Shown here: one piece after another, positions 1 to 4,943 of the stretch
Layout of the letters: each line of letters starts with the position of its first letter
Position numbering within the stretch: the first letter of the stretch is position 1
Made by a program: the position numbers and the translations under genes
Source of the DNA: a virus
DNA length: 5,707 nucleotides
Direction: 5' to 3' (one strand)
Virus record (IMG/VR): IMGVR_UViG_3300045988_011488
The notes under the pieces: generated by a model
The model's input: only the letters and a program-made list of their open reading frames with translations
The model's database searches: none
What the model was told of the DNA's origin: nothing

Positions 1-99
1 ATTTTTTTTGAAAAAAGTTAGAAGAATTTTGTCTTGAAGGTCATGCGCTAGGCGCGGTGCGCCGTACGAAGAGCATGACGTGGCTTTCCGGCTAGCTGC
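1..99. repeat. Terminal direct repeat, copy 1 (identical to 5609-5707); overlap of a circular 5,608-nt genome
   Basis: Read by eye: attttttttgaaaaaagttagaag...ggctttccggctagctgc occurs at both window ends with an offset of 5608. Confidence 0.9.
40..79. other. GC-rich compound hairpin: outer stem gtcatgc/gcatgac, inner stem ggcgc/gcgcc
   Basis: gtcatgc (40-46) is the reverse complement of gcatgac (73-79). The nested stem ggcgc (51-55) / gcgcc (59-63) has a ggt loop. It sits in a GC-rich island (38-110) flanked by AT-rich sequence. Confidence 0.5.
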
Positions 100-162
100 C
101 GAACTGCCTCTAATTGAGTTTTCAACACTTTCAACACTTTCAACAGGTTTTCCACAAAAAGT

Positions 163-182
163 TGCACAAATGGTTTTGTGCA
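163..182. other. Perfect hairpin: 8-bp stem tgcacaaa / tttgtgca, loop tggt
   Basis: 163-170 is the exact reverse complement of 175-182. Both arms carry a xxxTGCACA DnaA-box-like core. Confidence 0.6.
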
Positions 183-211
183 TATTGCTACACTTTCAAC
201 AATTCAACAAT

Positions 212-220
212 TTATCCACA
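212..220 (+). promoter_or_regulatory. Perfect consensus DnaA box TTATCCACA
   Basis: Exact 9/9 match to the canonical bacterial DnaA box (E. coli R1/R4 sequence). Confidence 0.6.
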
Positions 221-298
221 AAATTATCAACATTAAAATGAACCATAAAATATCGTTTTGCGGATAAAAATTCATAGTATTCAACATTTCAACACTCC

Positions 299-319
299 CT
301 ACTACTACGACTACAACAA
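299..319 (-). promoter_or_regulatory. Trinucleotide run resembling DnaA-trios (minus strand 5'-TTG TTG TAG TCG TAG TAG TAG-3')
   Basis: The plus strand reads CTA CTA CTA CGA CTA CAA CAA. Four of seven units are the preferred trio 5'-TAG-3' (3'-GAT-5'). The run lies 4 nt from paired boxes (278-294), separated by ctcc (295-298) with c299 opening the first unit, and directly abuts a pure A/T tract. Confidence 0.45.
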
Positions 320-320
320 G

Positions 321-342
321 TTAATAATAATATAATAAAAAT
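321..342. other. 22-bp 100% A/T tract (candidate DNA unwinding element)
   Basis: ttaataataatataataaaaat contains no G or C. It is flanked by the trinucleotide run on one side and a GC-alternating block on the other. Confidence 0.5.
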
Positions 343-384
343 CGTGCGTGTACGTGCGCAATTATGCGCGCGTGCGCGCGCGTG
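343..384. repeat. Alternating pyrimidine-purine (CG/TG) tracts forming a 40-bp imperfect palindrome
   Basis: 343-360 (18 nt) and 363-384 (22 nt) alternate Y-R perfectly. Arm 343-360 pairs with arm 365-382 around the loop atta: 14 Watson-Crick pairs and 4 G-T pairs when read on the plus strand. Confidence 0.7.
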
Positions 385-390
385 TTGATA

Positions 391-444
391 AAACTAAAAA
401 ACACTCAGCCAAGTATATATACTTGATAGTTACTTGGCTGAGTG
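391..444 (-). terminator. Rho-independent terminator downstream of VP4
   Basis: On the minus strand, 10 nt after the VP4 stop, there is a perfect 14-bp stem CACTCAGCCAAGTA / TACTTGGCTGAGTG (444-431 / 415-402) with a 15-nt loop. It is followed by TTTTTTAGTTT (401-391). Confidence 0.7.
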
Positions 445-453
445 ACACCAGGG

Positions 454-1473
454 CTAAAAAATGCCCTTTGCTTTGGACATCTTCTTCTTCATGACCGCTT
501 CTTTATCGGCCAGTTGTTCGGCGTACTGTTTGTCAGTTTTCATGTTTCTTTCGATTAGGGATGCTATGGCTTTTTCTTGTCGATATTGCTTGATTCTCCA
601 TGCCTTTTCAGGATTTTCTGCTTCCAGTTTTCGCCAATAATATTCTGGAATGGCTGCTCTCTTGCCGTTTGTCAGCTGGATGTATCCAAGTTGCCATAGC
701 CTTTCTTGATTCTTTTGAAACCATTCGTCCCCGAGTCCTGGCTTTCGGCTCATTACGCAGAATGGCGGTATGAGCCCCATTTTCTTGTACCTGTCTCTGT
801 CGTTTCCGTACAGCTTCTTGGTCACATATCCAGCTACGTAGTTATATGTTTCTGGCGTTGCTTGAGCTATATCAACTGTCCCTTGTCCCCAGACTTTGAC
901 CAGTTTATCGCTCGTGTAGTGTCCAAACCTTGACAGCTTGTGAATTGGCTTTAAGTCGTCTGGATACCATCCGTATAGTATCATGTGATAGTGTGGTCTT
1001 GAGGTGTTGTCTCCATACTCTCCGGCTAAGAAGTATCTGAGAGGCTCGTTGACGGCCTTTCTGAGCCTTTTCATGAATAACTGGACATCCTCCACGCTTA
1101 AGGTTTGCACCGTTCTGGGACGCTCTGAGGCGCCTTTCCATACGTTCACGCCTCCCTTGAAGATTTCCCCTGTTTCTGCGTCCTGTGTCGGCACGTGGTC
1201 GTCATCATAGGTTAATGTTATAAACCAGATGCTTTCCTTGTCGTGGCTGTATGCTTCTAGCTCCATCCGTGTGGCCCAGTCTTTGCGTTTGCGTAGTTTG
1301 CATCCTGTGCATTGTCCACACGGTATCATCATTACATCTTTGCGATACATCAGGTCTTCATATCGCATTTTGGTTTTATGAACTTCGTTAAAAGAAGCGA
1401 GTGAGTATACTCGCCCACTCGCTTCCCTGTCGTGAGGTACATAAAACCGGATTAACGGTTTATTGCATCCCAT
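454..1473 (-). CDS. VP4: Replication initiation protein VP4 (HUH endonuclease, phiX174 gpA-like), 339 aa
   Basis: The ORF has an ATG start. Rep motifs are present: FITLTY (motif 1), PHYHMILYG (HUH motif 2) and YNYVAGYVTKK (two-tyrosine motif 3; compare phiX174 gpA YVAKYVNKK). The Cys-rich N-terminal PCGQCTGCKLRKRKDWATR is typical of gokushovirus VP4. The start abuts the VP2 stop (TAAATG). Confidence 0.93.
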   Translation of the reverse strand: MGCNKPLIRFYVPHDREASGRVYSLASFNEVHKTKMRYEDLMYRKDVMMIPCGQCTGCKLRKRKDWATRMELEAYSHDKESIWFITLTYDDDHVPTQDAETGEIFKGGVNVWKGASERPRTVQTLSVEDVQLFMKRLRKAVNEPLRYFLAGEYGDNTSRPHYHMILYGWYPDDLKPIHKLSRFGHYTSDKLVKVWGQGTVDIAQATPETYNYVAGYVTKKLYGNDRDRYKKMGLIPPFCVMSRKPGLGDEWFQKNQERLWQLGYIQLTNGKRAAIPEYYWRKLEAENPEKAWRIKQYRQEKAIASLIERNMKTDKQYAEQLADKEAVMKKKMSKAKGIF

Positions 1474-2322
1474 TTATTTTAGTTTTCCTTTCCAAAATTC
1501 GACGTTTTTGTTTCCGATGAAGTCTCTTCCCGGTTTGTATTCTAACTCATCTTTCTTCGGTTTTCTCCCTGCGCCTCCGCCGACGCCATTGTTTAGGTTG
1601 CTGAGGTCGTTGAAGACGTTCTTGAATGCATTAAACGCTTTGTCTGCGCTTGTGTGGGACCAGCTTGTAGCGTCTCCAACCGCTTGTGCTGCGTTGTACC
1701 AGTTGCTTTCGCTTTTGCTCCATGTGTTGTTGTGGTTCTGGCTTACTCCGAGAGCGCTTGCAGTCGCCGCACTGCTGCTTGCGAGTCCCATGCTTGCCCC
1801 GCTGATAGTGGCTTGTGCGCCTCCTGGAGTGCTTGCTCCTCCCTGTTGGTATGCCAAGATAGGGTTGATTCCTGCTTTTCGCATATCTTCCACGGCTCGC
1901 TGATAAGCTGTGCTGCTCATTTGCTCTTGCCAAGCTCTGTTTTTGGCTGCTTCTGCGCTGTTGTAGGCCATTGCCGCGTTGTTGCTTATCTGGTTATATA
2001 CACCCTGAGTGATTGCTGCCATGGTGTTATAGCCCATTTGTTCGAACATGCTCCGACGGTTAAATCTTTGCTGGCTTTGCATGCTTCCCTTGATCGCTGC
2101 TAGCATGCTGTTCCAGTCTTGCAGGTTCTGTTCTCGGTTTACGCCGCTGGCGGCGCTGCTTTGGCCGCCTCCCTGGCTCAAACTTTCGTTGTGCTGACTG
2201 CTCCCCCCGTTGCTTTCCATCAGATTTCCGCCCAGGAATTTGTTTATGAGTCCTCCGGCGATTGTCGGGAGTAGTTGTTTTCCGATTCCGAGCAGTGCGC
2301 TGCCGATTGCTGCTAACGCCAT
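1474..2322 (-). CDS. VP2: Minor capsid / DNA pilot protein VP2, 282 aa
   Basis: It lies between VP1 and VP4, as in gokushoviruses. It has a hydrophobic N-terminus ([26 protein letters not shown]) and a Gly/Ser/Gln/Ala-rich low-complexity body. The segment [20 protein letters not shown] resembles the conserved VP2 core as I recall it. Confidence 0.8.
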   Translation of the reverse strand: MALAAIGSALLGIGKQLLPTIAGGLINKFLGGNLMESNGGSSQHNESLSQGGGQSSAASGVNREQNLQDWNSMLAAIKGSMQSQQRFNRRSMFEQMGYNTMAAITQGVYNQISNNAAMAYNSAEAAKNRAWQEQMSSTAYQRAVEDMRKAGINPILAYQQGGASTPGGAQATISGASMGLASSSAATASALGVSQNHNNTWSKSESNWYNAAQAVGDATSWSHTSADKAFNAFKNVFNDLSNLNNGVGGGAGRKPKKDELEYKPGRDFIGNKNVEFWKGKLK

Positions 2323-2353
2323 AATAAAATAGCCCGGGGTTTTGCCCCGGGCT
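2323..2353 (-). terminator. GC-rich hairpin plus T-rich tail between VP1 and VP2 (candidate attenuator / partial terminator)
   Basis: Minus strand: AGCCCGGGG-CAAAA-CCCCGGGCT (2353-2331, 9-bp stem) followed by ATTTTATT and then the VP2 ATG. Confidence 0.45.
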
Positions 2354-2363
2354 TCCCCCTTTC

Positions 2364-4028
2364 TTAGTGATGGTCTACGAGGCCCGGAATGCTGTACATT
2401 GGCATTGGTCTCACAGATGTATTGTCAATGACGGTGTCCACGATAAACTGAGGTTCATTGTCTACCGCCAGAGTTCTTTGAATTTCAGAGTCTCCTTCCT
2501 TCATCCAAGCTTGGCTCAGGCTCGGAGTCTCTTTGTAGTTGTCGCCGTAGTGCCAGCTGTCCAGAGTCCCCGTTGCATTTGAACGGAACTTGCCGCTGAT
2601 GCGGTTTGGTTTCATCCGATACTCTGCCCATGCTTCCTGATAACCAAAGGCCTGTTCGTCGGTGTCTGTACCAGTGAGATACAGCTCCTTCTTCAGAATA
2701 GCCTGCTCTCCCAGATTTGCGAAGACGGGATAATAAAAATCCAGATTCGTCTTGCGGCTCCACATGCGCTCCAAGCCCTGTTGGTAGGTATGGTCATGCC
2801 GGATGCAGCACACGCCGATGACATAGCCGTGCTCTTCGAAGCTCTTCGTGAACATGTTGCCGTTGTACGGCGTAACACTGATTGCCGCGGCGTTGCCCTG
2901 CGGACTCTCCTGTGTCGTGCCGCTGGTCTGAATAACCTGGCTCATGTTGATAGTGATGCGTGTACCGCCCAGATACTCCGGAATTTGCACCGTCTTATCG
3001 CTGATTTTCGTATGGAACAGCGAATAAATCATCTCGCGGTAACGGCTGCCACCTCGCGCCAGCTGTTCATAGTACTTCTGTATCTGGAATGCCTGCCTCA
3101 GTTGATTGATGGTTGTTGCCGTTGCTTCTTCCAGGTTTGCGCCCAGGAAGTGCATGTTATCTCCCGATGCCATGCTTATAGATCTTCCATTGTACATGCT
3201 GTCGTATTGGTACGACATTGGGCCTGGCCAGCTGTAGTTTCCATCCAGTTTTGCCAGTTTCGTTAAATTTCTGTCTTCGTATACTGATATGTCGGCTACA
3301 CCGTTTATCGGGATTTTTACCGGTTCTCCCGCTTTCTGAGGGGAAGGCAAAGCCGATGTGAAGTAGTCGTGGTCCTTATTTATCGGCAGCGGTCTGCCGC
3401 CGGTGTATGCGTTTTGGAGAATATACTCAAGGTCAGGCTTCTCTGTGTCCATGCCCTTTGTTTCATCATCCGTATAGTTTACGGTTGCGTCCTCGGTGCT
3501 GTTGATGGCCGGATTGTCCACGTTCTGGTCTCGGAACCACTCCTGCCAAATCATAGCGTATGCGCGGAACGGCAGTGCGTTAACGCTGAAGGCTGTACTT
3601 TCTCCCTTGCTCACCTTGGTAGGAATGCCCATGTAATCCATGATGCTTCCTTCATAAGGCGCCGGCTTGTCAGCTGTGCCAGTTACTTTGACCTGCGGAA
3701 TGGTGTATTCCTGAGTCTGCGCCCACGGCCCGGTATCGTTTTCGCCCATAAATCGTTTGAAATGGTCCCAGATGATACGGCACGGTACGTTGAAGTAGTA
3801 AATATCCATGTGGCAGTTGTCCATAACCGGGAAGATAGGCGTTGTCATACGGATAATTGCCGCTTGGTCGATGCTGAAGGTATCGCCGGGCATCACCTCA
3901 TCCACATAAAACGGGATGAGTTGGCCCGCGTTCATCGTTAGTTTTACATCCTGCCGCCGTTTGAAGCGACTTCGTGTAATATCCAGTCTCGGAACTTGGT
4001 TAAACCCTGCGTCTTTGTTCCTGTTCAT
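2364..4028 (-). CDS. VP1: Major capsid protein VP1 (Microviridae F-like), 554 aa
   Basis: This is the longest ORF. The N-terminal [43 protein letters not shown] is characteristic of Microviridae major capsid proteins. SD AAAGGAGG (GGAGG at 4043-4039) lies 10 nt before the ATG. The ATG overlaps the VP3 stop (ATGA). Confidence 0.95.
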   Translation of the reverse strand: MNRNKDAGFNQVPRLDITRSRFKRRQDVKLTMNAGQLIPFYVDEVMPGDTFSIDQAAIIRMTTPIFPVMDNCHMDIYYFNVPCRIIWDHFKRFMGENDTGPWAQTQEYTIPQVKVTGTADKPAPYEGSIMDYMGIPTKVSKGESTAFSVNALPFRAYAMIWQEWFRDQNVDNPAINSTEDATVNYTDDETKGMDTEKPDLEYILQNAYTGGRPLPINKDHDYFTSALPSPQKAGEPVKIPINGVADISVYEDRNLTKLAKLDGNYSWPGPMSYQYDSMYNGRSISMASGDNMHFLGANLEEATATTINQLRQAFQIQKYYEQLARGGSRYREMIYSLFHTKISDKTVQIPEYLGGTRITINMSQVIQTSGTTQESPQGNAAAISVTPYNGNMFTKSFEEHGYVIGVCCIRHDHTYQQGLERMWSRKTNLDFYYPVFANLGEQAILKKELYLTGTDTDEQAFGYQEAWAEYRMKPNRISGKFRSNATGTLDSWHYGDNYKETPSLSQAWMKEGDSEIQRTLAVDNEPQFIVDTVIDNTSVRPMPMYSIPGLVDHH

Positions 4029-4504
4029 TCAGTGGCTTCCTCCTTTTTAGGTTCTTCAGGCTCTTTCTCCTGATAGATGCCCAGGTTTTTTGCCCAGTCG
4101 ATAGTTCCGAAGCTTGCCACGAATTTATCGACGTCATTGTCAAACTTGAGTTTGATTTCTTTCGGGATTTCATCCCAGATTTGCTCGGCCCGCAGCATGA
4201 TGTTCTGAAGCTCCATCAGATTTTCCGGCATATCAGTTGCGTCCTGAAGCCCGCCACCCATGTTCGGCACCAGTCTAGCTGCAATGTCAGGGTCGATGGA
4301 TGCCCTCCGGATGATGTTTTCCAGCTTGGTCTCTTCCAGATAGCTGTCAATTTCCGCCTGCTGGTCGATGACTTGGTCAAGCGTCAGTACCTTTTCGCCC
4401 TTCTCGTTGAACTCCCAAAGGTATGTTCGTCTGATGGTCTCTCCGGCCTCAGTGGCCTTTGCTGCTGCGGTTTCCCTGAAGTTACTTACTGAGCGATACG
4501 CCAT
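4025..4504 (-). CDS. VP3: Internal scaffolding protein VP3-like, 159 aa from ATG 4504
   Basis: It lies immediately upstream of VP1 and is translationally coupled to it (ATGA). It has an acidic, helical composition with a C-terminal [22 protein letters not shown] (4518-4513) lies 8 nt before ATG 4504. The track start at 4552 is a TTG with no SD. Confidence 0.7.
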   Translation of the reverse strand: MAYRSVSNFRETAAAKATEAGETIRRTYLWEFNEKGEKVLTLDQVIDQQAEIDSYLEETKLENIIRRASIDPDIAARLVPNMGGGLQDATDMPENLMELQNIMLRAEQIWDEIPKEIKLKFDNDVDKFVASFGTIDWAKNLGIYQEKEPEEPKKEEATE

Positions 4505-4718
4505 CGAAGATGTTCTCCTTTTCGTTTTCAAACAGGCCCGTTTTCTCGTCAAACTTTGCCAGGCGCACCAACCGATAGTCGCTCGGCGTCTTGCTCATGA
4601 TGTTTCGTTCGTCGGTTAGCGCGATTTTGAAATTGCGCTCGGCCACCTTGTCGTCGCGTTCGGTAAAGATGGTGATATAGCCCATCACGCAGTTGTCAAA
4701 AATTCCGTATACGTTCAT
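4482..4718 (-). CDS. Small conserved Microviridae non-structural protein, 78 aa
   Basis: SD TAAGGAGAG lies 6 nt before the ATG. The pattern M-x-V-Y-x-I-x-D ... A-x-R-x-F ... P-x-D-Y-x-L ... F-D-x-x-T-G matches a small protein I recall from many gokushovirus-like genomes. It overlaps the VP3 start by 23 nt. Confidence 0.62.
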   Translation of the reverse strand: MNVYGIFDNCVMGYITIFTERDDKVAERNFKIALTDERNIMSKTPSDYRLVRLAKFDEKTGLFENEKENIFDGVSLSK

Positions 4719-4728
4719 GCTGCTCTCC

Positions 4729-4827
4729 TTATTTGAACCAGTCTTTGATGATGTTGATTGCGTTAATGACGAGGTAGAATCCCGCTGCGATAAATGCCGT
4801 CGTCATGCTTGCGAATACAGCACTCAC
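4729..4827 (-). CDS. Unannotated 32-aa hydrophobic (single-TM-like) peptide, GTG start
   Basis: My hand translation gives (M/V)SAVFASMTTAFIAAGFYLVINAINIIKDWFK*. GTG 4827-4825 overlaps the TGA stop of the upstream basic-protein gene (GTGA). SD GAGAGGGGGA ends 8 nt upstream. The TAA stop at 4731-4729 forms part of the next gene's SD. An alternative internal ATG at 4806 gives 25 aa. Confidence 0.35.
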   Translation of the reverse strand: MSAVFASMTTAFIAAGFYLVINAINIIKDWFK

Positions 4828-4943
4828 AGTCGGATTCCCCCTCTCATCGCTCCGCTTCCCAGGTTGATAGCCTTTGTCTTTCGAGCGGTCTTGTTATAGA
4901 TTTTCGCGTCTTTGGATTTGCGTACTTTACTCCTCTTTGCCAT
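4824..4943 (-). CDS. Small basic DNA-binding/packaging protein (phiX174 J / gokushovirus ORF8 analogue), 39 aa
   Basis: MAKRSKVRKSKDAKIYNKTARKTKAINLGSGAMRGGIRL has 13 K/R in 39 residues. The C-terminal MRGGIRL matches the ending I recall for these proteins. A GAAGGGA SD-like element lies 8 nt upstream of ATG 4943. The track's longer form (to 5015) adds a non-basic extension. Confidence 0.7.
   Translation of the reverse strand: MAKRSKVRKSKDAKIYNKTARKTKAINLGSGAMRGGIRL

Larger units (their letters stand above)
119..295 (+). repeat. Iteron field: 7 exact TTCAACA copies in one orientation, plus variants
   Basis: Exact TTCAACA at 121-127, 130-136, 139-145, 195-201, 203-209, 280-286 and 288-294. 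The first three form a tandem 9-bp array TTTCAACAC x3 (120-146). Variants: TTCCACA 150-156, TTGCACA 162-168, ATCCACA 214-220, ATCAACA 226-232. Confidence 0.85.
148..391. promoter_or_regulatory. Cluster of near-consensus DnaA boxes
   Basis: Four 8/9 matches accompany the perfect box at 212-220: TTTTCCACA 148-156 (+), TTATCAACA 224-232 (+), TTATCCGCA 259-267 (read on minus) and TTATCAACA 383-391 (read on minus). Confidence 0.5.

Noticed and set aside
1-99. The 99-bp end duplication as a biological terminal redundancy or inverted terminal repeat
   Set aside because: The repeat is direct, exact, and truncated by the window end. Microviridae genomes are covalently closed circles, and 99 nt is a typical assembler k-mer overlap.
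38-110. tRNA or tRNA-like element in the GC-rich island
   Set aside because: There is no 7-bp acceptor pairing between the ends, no T-loop GTTCRANYC motif and no cloverleaf arrangement.
120-146. Tandem 9-bp repeats as a CRISPR-like array
   Set aside because: The repeats are far too short and directly abutting, with no spacers. They are iteron-type repeats.
352-373. Possible dif/XerCD recombination site; GTGCGCAAT resembles the E. coli dif XerC arm GGTGCGCATAA, and Microviridae prophages are known to use dif-like sites
   Set aside because: No XerD-arm-like TTATGTTAAAT half-site follows at the correct 6-bp spacing. The match is a by-product of the (CG/TG)n palindrome.
421-428. ACTTGATA, matching 8 nt of the phiX174 origin core (CAACTTG/ATATTAATAAC)
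   Set aside because: It lies on the window plus strand, the non-viral strand, where Rep should not nick. An 8-mer match is expected by chance about 0.2 times in a genome this size, and the flanking sequence does not match the 30-nt phiX174 origin.
451-466. Small hairpin gggc-taaaaaat-gccc spanning the VP4 stop codon
   Set aside because: The stem is only 4 bp with an 8-nt loop, which is too weak to be meaningful.
905-1141. Minus-strand 78-aa ORF nested out of frame in VP4
   Set aside because: It has no SD, and its Arg-rich sequence looks like an off-frame product. Overprinted genes do exist in phiX174, so this is not formally excluded, but nothing supports it here.
1312-1320. TTGTCCACA (8/9 DnaA box) inside VP4 coding sequence
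   Set aside because: About one isolated single-mismatch hit is expected by chance across the genome. It encodes part of the conserved CGQC motif.
1631-1933. Minus-strand 100-aa highly basic ORF nested out of frame in VP2
   Set aside because: There is no recognisable SD. The basic, low-complexity sequence is what the alternate frame of a Gln/Ser/Ala-rich gene produces. Conservation in relatives would be needed to revive it.
2485-2878. Minus-strand ORFs 2485-2763 and 2693-2878 nested in VP1
   Set aside because: These are off-frame ORFs within the capsid gene, with no translation signals and Arg/Ser-rich composition.
4505-4552. TTG-initiated 16-codon N-terminal extension of VP3 (track start 4552)
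   Set aside because: TTG 4552 has no SD. ATG 4504 has GGAGAA 8 nt upstream, and the extension would lie deep inside the 78-aa gene.
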